The notes under the pieces: model-generated
Seen by the model: the letters and a program-made list of their open reading frames with translations, nothing else
Told to the model about the DNA's origin: nothing
Database searches by the model: none
Sequence record: DRR723986_3008
DNA length: 57,188 nucleotides
Direction: 5' to 3' (one strand)
Made by a program: the position numbers and the translations under genes
Part shown: one piece after another, positions 28,203-36,253 of the stretch
Layout: each line of letters starts with the position of its first letter
Position numbering within the stretch: position 1 is the first letter of the stretch

Positions 28203-29714
28203 ATGAAAAACCGCGTCGCAGACATCCTCACATCCATGCAGATCGACCCCAGCAATTTCTCTGGTGGCAACCTTAAAGTTCACTCGCCCATTGATGGTAG
28301 TGAAATGGGCTGTGTGCAGATGGATGACCAAGCATCGGTTGATGCCAAAATTGCAGGCGCACAATCGGCATTTCTGAAATGGCGAACGGTGCCCGCCCCA
28401 AGACGCGGCGAACTGGTGCGTTTGCTAGGCGAAGAATTACGCGAGCATAAAGATGCCCTCGGTGCCTTGGTATCGGCTGAATGCGGTAAAATTCTTGAAG
28501 AAGGCAAAGGCGAAGTTCAGGAAATGGTCGATATCTGCGAATTTGCCGTTGGCATTTCGCGGCAACTTCACGGCTTGACCATCGCATCTGAACGCCCCGG
28601 CCATCATATGCGCGAATATTGGCAGCCGCTCGGCCCTGTGGGCATCATCTCCGCCTTTAACTTCCCGGTGGCTGTTTGGTCGTGGAACACAGCACTAGCA
28701 CTTGCGTGCGGTGACCCGTGCATTTGGAAACCTTCCGAGAAAACCCCGATGACAGCCCTTGCTTGTCAGGCCCTAATGGAGCGCGCTATTGCCAAATTCG
28801 GCAGCGATGCCCCTGAAGGACTGACATCCGTGATTGTCGGCATGCGCGATGTGGGCGAGCAAATGGTTGACGACCCACGCATTGCATTGGTTTCAGCAAC
28901 AGGCTCAACCCGCATGGGCCGCGAAGTTGGGCCGCGGGTGGCTGCCCGCTTCGGCAAGTGCTTGCTTGAGCTTGGCGGCAATAACGCCATCATTGTGGCA
29001 CCCAGTGCTGACTTGGACATGGCGATCCCCGGCATTGTTTTCGGTTCAGTTGGCACAGCCGGACAGCGCTGCACCAGCACCCGCCGGTTAATTGTCCACT
29101 CAAGCGTTTATGATAATCTGATCCCACGCCTCAAGAAAGCCTATGAGGGTATTCGCATTGGCGACCCATTGGCAGATGGCACTTTGGTTGGCCCGGTGAT
29201 TGACGAGGCATCCTTCAACGGCATGGAAAAAGCACTGGATGCCGCGCGCGCAGAAGGCGGTATTGTTAACGGCGGCGGCCGCGTTCTTGAGGGTCAATAC
29301 CCCAATGCTTATTACGTCCAGCCAGCCATTGTAGAAATGCCCGCGCAGAGTGCCAGCATGTGCGAAGAAACTTTTGCGCCCATTCTATACATCGTGAAAT
29401 ACGAAACGCTTGAGGAAGCTATTGCCTTGCAAAACGGCGTACCACAGGGTTTGTCGAGCAGCATCTTCACCACTGACGTGCGCGAAGCCGAAACATTCAT
29501 CAGCGCAGCCGGGTCCGATTGCGGCATTGCCAATGTAAACATTGGCACCTCGGGCGCTGAAATTGGTGGGGCCTTCGGCGGCGAGAAGGAAACTGGCGGC
29601 GGTCGTGAGAGCGGTTCAGATGCATGGCGTGCCTATATGCGCCGTCAGACATCAACCGTGAACTATAGCCATGAACTACCACTGGCACAGGGCATCAAGT
29701 TCGATTTGGACTAA
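28203..29714 (+). CDS. ALDH7-type aldehyde dehydrogenase (aminoadipate semialdehyde / P6C dehydrogenase)
   Basis: AFNFPVAVW, LELGGNN, GTAGQRCT, NIGTSGAEIGGAFGGEKETGGGRESGSD, C-terminal LPLAQGIKF. Confidence 0.93.
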   Translation: MKNRVADILTSMQIDPSNFSGGNLKVHSPIDGSEMGCVQMDDQASVDAKIAGAQSAFLKWRTVPAPRRGELVRLLGEELREHKDALGALVSAECGKILEEGKGEVQEMVDICEFAVGISRQLHGLTIASERPGHHMREYWQPLGPVGIISAFNFPVAVWSWNTALALACGDPCIWKPSEKTPMTALACQALMERAIAKFGSDAPEGLTSVIVGMRDVGEQMVDDPRIALVSATGSTRMGREVGPRVAARFGKCLLELGGNNAIIVAPSADLDMAIPGIVFGSVGTAGQRCTSTRRLIVHSSVYDNLIPRLKKAYEGIRIGDPLADGTLVGPVIDEASFNGMEKALDAARAEGGIVNGGGRVLEGQYPNAYYVQPAIVEMPAQSASMCEETFAPILYIVKYETLEEAIALQNGVPQGLSSSIFTTDVREAETFISAAGSDCGIANVNIGTSGAEIGGAFGGEKETGGGRESGSDAWRAYMRRQTSTVNYSHELPLAQGIKFDLD

Positions 29715-29732
29715 GCTCACATCATACTGGAC

Positions 29733-29765
29733 AAAAAAACCCTCGGAGAAAACTCCGAGGGTTTT
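29733..29765. terminator. Bidirectional intrinsic terminator (ALDH / rpsU)
   Basis: A7-ccctcggag-aaaa-ctccgaggg-T4 perfect stem. Confidence 0.92.
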
Positions 29766-29794
29766 AAAATTCTTTGCATCAGTATTAAAGCGAA

Positions 29795-30007
29795 TTACTT
29801 CGCAACAACACCGTCACGCTCTAAGCGCTTACGCTCTAACTTACGAGCACGGCGCACAGCAGCCGCCTGCTCACGAGCCCTCTTTTCAGATGGCTTTTCA
29901 TAAAAGCGACGCATTTTCATTTCACGGTAAACGCCTTCGCGTTGCAGCTTTTTCTTAAGCGCGCGCAAAGCCTGATCTACGTTATTATCACGAACGGAAA
30001 CCTCCAT
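29795..30007 (-). CDS. rpsU: 30S ribosomal protein S21
   Basis: [25 protein letters not shown]...[11 protein letters not shown] after AAGGAG. Confidence 0.97.
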   Translation of the reverse strand: MEVSVRDNNVDQALRALKKKLQREGVYREMKMRRFYEKPSEKRAREQAAAVRRARKLERKRLERDGVVAK

Positions 30008-30074
30008 GGGTTTCACTCCTTTCAAAGCCAAAATTTGCAAGTTCCACGTAAAGTGTTCCTCACAGGGCAGGCGC

Positions 30075-30103
30075 GGTATAACAAAGGCCGAATGTCCGCA
30101 CAA
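30075..30103 (-). promoter_or_regulatory. Probable sigma70 promoter for rpsU
   Basis: Minus strand TTGTGC-17 nt-TATACC with TGn extension. Confidence 0.55.
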
Positions 30104-30294
30104 GCCCAAACCTCAAAAAATCTCTGCATCGCAATTATTTAACGCCTTTGAAGACCATTTTCCGCCCATATGAACCGTTTTACAGCTAATTTGCCTGAAA
30201 ATGCGGCAACATGTCCCTCGCGTAAACAGCGGTTCCGTGATATTTGTAGCTTTACTCACGAATCGGAAAACTGGGTATAGTCAAGGTACATACA

Positions 30295-30969
30295 ATGGCA
30301 CCAACCGAAACATTGGCGATAGAAGATAGGACGCCGGAAGAATTGCGGGCACCTCTTCTTGACGCCATGCTCTCGCATGTTCCCTTCGATGGCTGGACCT
30401 CAACAGCGCTGGAAAATGCAGCATCTGACATAGGTATTTCTAAAGAAATGGCAGAGCTTAGTTTTCCCGGCGGTGCAATTGAAATGCTGGAAGTGCATTT
30501 GAATAATGCCAATATCTTGCTGGCAAATGAACTGGCAACGCTGAACCTGCCTGCCATGAAAATTCGCGATCGCATTACACTGGCCGTTCGCACGCGGTTA
30601 GAGCAAAATGCAGATAACCGCGAAATAGTGCGGCGCGGGTTGTTTACCTTAGCATTACCGCAAAACCTGGCGCTTGGCTCCAAAGCATTATGGAATTCCG
30701 CAGACACCATGTGGCGAGCAGCTGGCGACACATCAACTGACCATAATTGGTACACCAAGCGTGCTACCCTTAGCGCTGTTTACAGTGCGGTATTGCTGTT
30801 CTGGCTCAATGACGAATCTGAGGGCTATGAAGACACATGGGCTTTTTTAGACAGACGCATTGAAGATGTAATGAAAATTGAAACGGCTAAATATAAGCTT
30901 CGTCAATCCAGCGCCAACTTCCCGTCCTTTTCCCGCTTTTTAGGTCGGCTGCGATACCGTAGCGAATAA
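30295..30969 (+). CDS. COQ9 family protein (rpsU-divergently transcribed)
   Basis: VPFDGW, FPGG, D.MWRAAGDTSTDHNWYTKRATL, T..FLDRRI. Confidence 0.92.
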   Translation: MAPTETLAIEDRTPEELRAPLLDAMLSHVPFDGWTSTALENAASDIGISKEMAELSFPGGAIEMLEVHLNNANILLANELATLNLPAMKIRDRITLAVRTRLEQNADNREIVRRGLFTLALPQNLALGSKALWNSADTMWRAAGDTSTDHNWYTKRATLSAVYSAVLLFWLNDESEGYEDTWAFLDRRIEDVMKIETAKYKLRQSSANFPSFSRFLGRLRYRSE

Positions 30970-30978
30970 AACGTGGGT

Positions 30979-31938
30979 ATGGACAAAAAGCCAACGTCTT
31001 TTGCCGAACTTAGCCAACTGCCCAATGTTGCCGCCGACACCGTAAACGCCTTGCTGCGATGGCGGCGTTATCTGGAATCTGAGCGCCGGGTGTCAGACCA
31101 CACGCTAGACGCTTACGGCAGGGATGTGGGTGGCTTCATCCTGTTTCTAGGCGAGTATAAAGGCCACACCGTTACGCTGAACATGCTCGCAAGCCTTCAC
31201 GTGCGCGACTTTCGCGCTTTCATGGCGGCGCGCCGAACCGATGGCCTGTCGCCCCAATCAACCGCACGGCTTTTATCCTCCATTCGTAATTTCTACCGAT
31301 ATCTCGCGCGAGCAGAAAACATAGAAAATAACGCTATTGAAGCGGTGCAGTCTCCCAAAAAACCACACCGAGTGCCACGGCCCATAACCGAGGAAGCAGC
31401 GCGCTCTGTGGTTGAGGTGTTACCTGATTTCGCCGAGGAAGACTGGGTGGCCGCCCGCGACATTGCGGTTATTTCGCTATTATATGGCTGCGGCCTTCGT
31501 ATTGGGGAGGCACTGGCCTTAAATAAAGCCGCGCAACCCAAAAGTGATACCATGCGCGTGTTGGGCAAACGCAATAAAGAACGTATTGTTCCAGTATTAC
31601 CCGCGGTGCGAGACGCAATTGATGATTATGTAGCAAAGTGCCCATACCAATTGTCGCCGGGCGGCCCTTTGTTTGTTGGCAAGCGCGGCGGCAAGCTAAA
31701 CCCCCGTGTTATTCAGGGGGTTATGCAAAAAGTAAGGGTTGCGCTCGCTCTTCCAGACACAGCCACACCGCATGCTCTGCGCCACAGTTTTGCCACCCAT
31801 CTTTTGTCGCGCGGCGGCGACTTGCGCACCATTCAGGAACTGCTTGGCCATTCAGACTTGAAGGCAACGCAAGTTTATACGGAAGTGGATAGCGCTCAGC
31901 TAAAGCGTGTGTATGATCAGGCCTTCAAGCGAGGATGA
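30979..31938 (+). CDS. xerC: Tyrosine recombinase XerC
   Basis: S.HT..AY.RD, LYGCGLRIGE, GKRNKER, TPHALRHSFATHLL..GGDLRTIQELLGH, TQVY; near lpdA as is common in alphaproteobacteria. Confidence 0.88.
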   Translation: MDKKPTSFAELSQLPNVAADTVNALLRWRRYLESERRVSDHTLDAYGRDVGGFILFLGEYKGHTVTLNMLASLHVRDFRAFMAARRTDGLSPQSTARLLSSIRNFYRYLARAENIENNAIEAVQSPKKPHRVPRPITEEAARSVVEVLPDFAEEDWVAARDIAVISLLYGCGLRIGEALALNKAAQPKSDTMRVLGKRNKERIVPVLPAVRDAIDDYVAKCPYQLSPGGPLFVGKRGGKLNPRVIQGVMQKVRVALALPDTATPHALRHSFATHLLSRGGDLRTIQELLGHSDLKATQVYTEVDSAQLKRVYDQAFKRG

Positions 31939-31941
31939 TGA

Positions 31942-32304
31942 ATGACAAACGAAAATAGCAATGACCCCAAGGATAAACGCCGCCAGAGAGACATAAAATT
32001 GGCGCGCTTTCGCGGCTGGTCATTAACCGCGCTTTATTTTGCGCTGGCGGTTTGGGCGATCATTTTCTGTTATGTCGCCTATAGTTTTTGGGACTATATG
32101 CTGGAACAGTCAGGCGGTAGCGCTTTACTGCCATCGGTTTTGATGAGTAGCAGTGTCACAACATTTCTATTCTCAGCGCTTGCGGGCAACAAGTTTCTGA
32201 AAGCCATGCAAAGCAAAGCGACATTACCTGCTGTTGACCTTTTGCCCTTCCTATCCATTGCCGCCACAATTGTCATTGCGGGGCAAGCCCTCGGCACTGC
32301 TTAA
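31942..32304 (+). CDS. Hypothetical membrane protein (about 3 TM helices)
   Basis: 120-aa ORF 3 nt after the xerC stop with GAGGA RBS; hydrophobic segments. Confidence 0.7.
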   Translation: MTNENSNDPKDKRRQRDIKLARFRGWSLTALYFALAVWAIIFCYVAYSFWDYMLEQSGGSALLPSVLMSSSVTTFLFSALAGNKFLKAMQSKATLPAVDLLPFLSIAATIVIAGQALGTA

Positions 32305-32372
32305 AAAGCGCACGCCTAAAAAAGGTCCGAAAACAGCGAGTATTTGCCTCTGCTTTAGGCTAATCTCTTTTC

Positions 32373-32975
32373 ATGAACACAAAGATAAACACTGATACAA
32401 ACACCGGTCTAAACTCAAACCCGCATTTGCTGTATCAGGCACTGCTTACTCGTGATGAGCGCTTTGATGGCAAATTGTTTTTTGCCGTCACCAGCACGGG
32501 CATTTATTGCAGGCCTATTTGCCCTGCACCAAAGCCAAAGCCCGAAAATGTGCTCTATTTCGCCGAAGCCTCTACTGCCGCACTGGCCGGGTTTCGGGCG
32601 TGCAAACGGTGCAGACCAGAAAGCAGGCCTGGCAGTCCGGCCTGGCAAGGCACCAAGGCCACTGTGAGCCGCGCCCTGCGCCTACTGGCCGGCACGGATA
32701 GCCCGGATAGTTTAGCCGAGCTAGCCGATAAGCTGGGAGTAACAGACCGGCATTTACGGCGTTTGTTTCATAAACACTTGGGCAAAAGCCCGATGGATAT
32801 GCGCCAGGAGAACCGGCTGTCGCTTGCAACAACTTTGTTGATAGATAGTGATGGTTCCATCGCTGATATTGCTTATGCGTCAGGCTTCCAGAGCCTGCGC
32901 CGGTTTAACGATGTATTTAAAAAAGCCTATGAAATACCCCCCAGCCAATGGAGACAGACATGCCGCGACACTTAA
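32373..32975 (+). CDS. adaA: Ada metal-binding / AraC regulator (AdaA-like methylphosphotriester methyltransferase)
   Basis: RDERFDG, TGIYCRPICP, GFRACKRCRP zinc ligands; AraC HTH SGFQSLRRFN. Confidence 0.88.
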   Translation: MNTKINTDTNTGLNSNPHLLYQALLTRDERFDGKLFFAVTSTGIYCRPICPAPKPKPENVLYFAEASTAALAGFRACKRCRPESRPGSPAWQGTKATVSRALRLLAGTDSPDSLAELADKLGVTDRHLRRLFHKHLGKSPMDMRQENRLSLATTLLIDSDGSIADIAYASGFQSLRRFNDVFKKAYEIPPSQWRQTCRDT

Positions 32976-33466
32976 TCCAAACCACCCTGCCCACACCCGC
33001 AGGCGAAATTACACTTCTACTTGATGGAAACACTGTGTTGATCTGTGAGTTTTCTGACCATGGTGAACGGGTTGCGCGCCAAATTGAGCGTTTTTATAAG
33101 AGCGAAAATATCAAGATCGGTGACTGCCCAAAGCAGGTTTCAGATGTGTTTGCAGCATATTTTGACGGTGTGCTGGGCGCACTGAATGGTTTGCAAACCG
33201 ACCCGCTAGGCACACCCTATGAGCGCACAGTATGGCAAGCCTTACGCGACATTCCTGCAGGGGCCACCGACAGCTACGGTGCATTGGCAAAGCGCTTAAA
33301 TTCGAGCCCGCGTGCGGTAGGCCGGGCCAATGGCCGTAACCCTGTGGCGCTTATTCACCCATGTCACCGCATCATTGGTGCTGATGGCTCGCTGACCGGC
33401 TATGCTGGCGGACTAGACCGGAAAGAATGGTTGCTGAAACATGAAGGCGCGATATTGAACCTATAG
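32960..33466 (+). CDS. ogt: Methylated-DNA-protein-cysteine methyltransferase
   Basis: RAVGRANGRNP, PCHRII active site, LTGYAGG, LLKHE. Confidence 0.92.
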   Translation: MPRHLIQTTLPTPAGEITLLLDGNTVLICEFSDHGERVARQIERFYKSENIKIGDCPKQVSDVFAAYFDGVLGALNGLQTDPLGTPYERTVWQALRDIPAGATDSYGALAKRLNSSPRAVGRANGRNPVALIHPCHRIIGADGSLTGYAGGLDRKEWLLKHEGAILNL

Positions 33467-33469
33467 CGC

Positions 33470-33499
33470 AAAAAAGCCCCGGCAAAACCGAGGCTTTTT
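33470..33499. terminator. Bidirectional intrinsic terminator (ogt / lpdA)
   Basis: A6-gccccgg-caaaa-ccgaggc-T5. Confidence 0.85.
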
Positions 33500-33524
33500 G
33501 TAGAATGCTCAAACCCAACTTAAG

Positions 33525-34931
33525 CTACATATGAATAGTGCGCTTATGCACAGCAAGCGCCGCTTCTTTCATGGCCTCGGTTTCCGTGGGGTGCGCGTGG
33601 CAAGTTAGCGCGATATCTTCCGCTGAAGCGCCGAACTCCATCGCCGTTGCCGCCTGTGCAATCATATTACCCGCATCTGCCCCAATGATGTGAACGCCCA
33701 AAACACGGTCAGTGGTTTTATCCGCCAGAATTTTAACAAAACCATCGGTGGACATATTGGCTTTGGAACGACTGTTGGCGGTGAACGGAAACTTGCCCGT
33801 ATTGTATGAAACACCCGCGTCTTTCAATTCTTCCTCAGATTTGCCAACGCTGGCAACTTCCGGATGCGTGTAAACAACACCCGGAATAACATCATGGTTC
33901 ACATAACCCGTTAGCCCCGCGATATTTTCTGCACAGGCAACGCCCTCGTCTTCAGCTTTATGGGCCAACATCGGCCCTTCAACCACATCACCAATGGCCC
34001 AAACGCCTGCCACATTGGTGGAAAAGTCAGAATTGATTTTCACGCGAGATCGGTCATCCATCTCTACACCAATAGCTTCCAAACCGAGCCCATCGGTATA
34101 GGGCCTGCGTCCGACAGAAACGAGAACACGATCTGCCGTAATAGTTTCCGAGTCACCGCCTTTAACCGGCTCATATGTCACTTTTACGCTGCTTTTAAGA
34201 GCTTTAACGCCGGTCACTTTCGATGACAGTTTAAGCTTCATACCCTGTTTTTTGAGAATACGACCGAATGTTTTGCGCACCTCAAGGTCCATGCCGAACA
34301 GAACCTGGTCCATAAATTCAACAACAGTCACTTCCGCGCCCAATCGCGCCCATACCGAACCCAACTCCAGGCCAATAACGCCGCCGCCAATAACCACAAG
34401 ATGCTTGGGCACTTCCGGCAACTCAAGCGCGCCGGTTGAGGACACAATTCTGTCTTCATCAATTTCGATGCCCGGTAGGCTGGCCACTTCACTGCCAGTG
34501 GCAATGATGGTGTTTTTCGCCTTAACGGTTTGCGTGCCGCCGTCGTTCAAAGCCACTTCAATTGTGTCTTTTGCAGTGAAGCGCCCGGCACCCTTGATCC
34601 AGTCAATTTTGTTTTTCTTAAACAGAAACTCAATGCCGCCCGTAAGGCCGGTAACTGTGTCATCTTTCGCCGCCATCATCTTTTTAAGATCAAAGCTAAC
34701 GCCCTTGGCAGAAAGGCCGAACTTGTCAAAGTCATGCGCGGCTTCATGATACAAATGCGAGGCATGCAACAAGGCCTTAGAGGGCATGCAGCCCACATTC
34801 AGGCATGTGCCGCCCAGTGTTTCGCGCTTATCAATACACGCTGTTTTCAGGCCCAACTGAGCCGCGCGAATTGCAGCGACATAGCCGCCAGGACCCGCGC
34901 CAATAACAACAACATCATAAGTTTCTGACAT
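33525..34931 (-). CDS. lpdA: Dihydrolipoamide dehydrogenase (E3)
   Basis: GAGPGGY, GGTCLNVGCMPSK redox disulfide, HAHPT.TE. Confidence 0.97.
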   Translation of the reverse strand: MSETYDVVVIGAGPGGYVAAIRAAQLGLKTACIDKRETLGGTCLNVGCMPSKALLHASHLYHEAAHDFDKFGLSAKGVSFDLKKMMAAKDDTVTGLTGGIEFLFKKNKIDWIKGAGRFTAKDTIEVALNDGGTQTVKAKNTIIATGSEVASLPGIEIDEDRIVSSTGALELPEVPKHLVVIGGGVIGLELGSVWARLGAEVTVVEFMDQVLFGMDLEVRKTFGRILKKQGMKLKLSSKVTGVKALKSSVKVTYEPVKGGDSETITADRVLVSVGRRPYTDGLGLEAIGVEMDDRSRVKINSDFSTNVAGVWAIGDVVEGPMLAHKAEDEGVACAENIAGLTGYVNHDVIPGVVYTHPEVASVGKSEEELKDAGVSYNTGKFPFTANSRSKANMSTDGFVKILADKTTDRVLGVHIIGADAGNMIAQAATAMEFGASAEDIALTCHAHPTETEAMKEAALAVHKRTIHM

Positions 34932-34942
34932 GGAATTTTGCC

Positions 34943-36205
34943 TTACATATCCAGAAGAAGACGGGTTGGGTCTTCAAGGGCTTCTTTGACCCGCACCAGG
35001 AAGGTTACAGCCTCGCGGCCATCGATCAAGCGGTGGTCGTATGACAGCGCCAAATACATCATGGGGCGAATAACAACTTCGCCGCCCATGGCCATCGGGC
35101 GTTCTTGAATTTTATGCATACCCAAAATCGCAGATTGCGGCGGGTTAATAATAGGGCTCGACATTAACGAGCCAAAAATACCGCCGTTCGAGATGGTGAA
35201 AGTACCACCCTGCATGTCATCAATGGTCAGTTTGCCATCGCGGGCCTTACGACCATATCCGGCGATACCCAGCTCAGTATCAGCGAAGGACATATCCTGC
35301 GCGTCTTTAAGCACTGGCACAACCAAACCGTTCGGCGCCGACACAGCCACGCCGATGTTGGCATAGTTGTGATAAACGATTTCTTCGCCTTCGATAGACG
35401 CATTCACCGATGGCACTTCTTTAAGCGCCAAACAGCAGGCTTTAGAGAAAAAGCTCATGAAACCCAGTTTAATGCCATGTTTTTTCGCGAACATGTCTTT
35501 GTAGCGTGCGCGGGCCTTCATCACTTCCGTCATGTCAACTTCATTAAACGTGGTCAACATGGCGGCTGTGTTTTGCGCATCTTTCAATCGTTCAGCGATA
35601 CGTTTGCGCATACGGGTCATTTTCACCCGCTCTTCACGCGGGCCAGAAGGTACGGCCGCAGCAGCAGCCGGAGCATTAAGCGTGCGCGCGGAACCGCTTT
35701 CAATGGCTTTTATCACATCGCCTTTGGTCAAACGGCCATCTTTGCCGGTGCCGGTAATAGACGCAGGGTCCAGATTATAATCACCGACCATGCGGCGCAC
35801 CGCTGGTGACATGGGCATAAGGTCTTGTGATTGAGCAGGTGCAGCAGCAGGCGCAGGTGTCGGCGCGGCAGCCGGTTCAGCGGCAGGGGCCGTTGCGGGC
35901 GCTGGCGCTTCAGCCTTTTGTGGTGCTGGCGCAGGAGCGGACGCAGGCGCAGAAGCTGCCTTGCCTTCGGTATCCACCCGCGCAATCAATGCACCGATTT
36001 CAACCGTATCACCCTCAGCGACCAGTTGCTCTACCAGCACTCCGGCAACCGGGCTGGGTACTTCCATCGCAACTTTGTCAGTTTCAACCTCAACGATGGG
36101 TTCGTCTTGTGCCACCGCATCGCCGACCTGTTTGAGCCAGGTTCCGATCGATCCTTCAGCCACCGATTCACCCATTTGAGGGATTACGATATCTTCAATT
36201 GCCAC
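34943..36205 (-). CDS. sucB: 2-oxoglutarate dehydrogenase E2
   Basis: Lipoyl domain ETDKV, Ala/Pro linker, [18 protein letters not shown]. Confidence 0.97.
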   Translation of the reverse strand: MAIEDIVIPQMGESVAEGSIGTWLKQVGDAVAQDEPIVEVETDKVAMEVPSPVAGVLVEQLVAEGDTVEIGALIARVDTEGKAASAPASAPAPAPQKAEAPAPATAPAAEPAAAPTPAPAAAPAQSQDLMPMSPAVRRMVGDYNLDPASITGTGKDGRLTKGDVIKAIESGSARTLNAPAAAAAVPSGPREERVKMTRMRKRIAERLKDAQNTAAMLTTFNEVDMTEVMKARARYKDMFAKKHGIKLGFMSFFSKACCLALKEVPSVNASIEGEEIVYHNYANIGVAVSAPNGLVVPVLKDAQDMSFADTELGIAGYGRKARDGKLTIDDMQGGTFTISNGGIFGSLMSSPIINPPQSAILGMHKIQERPMAMGGEVVIRPMMYLALSYDHRLIDGREAVTFLVRVKEALEDPTRLLLDM

Positions 36206-36253
36206 CTTATGTGCTCCTAGTTTCTTTCGTTCAGTTTAGATGCTCTGAAAGCT

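Noticed and set aside
30979-31938. Tyrosine recombinase as the integrase of a mobile element
   Set aside because: Sequence and position fit housekeeping XerC; no att repeats, tRNA or phage/plasmid genes nearby.
35830-35960. GC-rich quasi-repeats and overlapping Arg/Gln-rich ORFs
   Set aside because: This is the normal Ala/Pro linker of SucB; the other ORFs are shadows.
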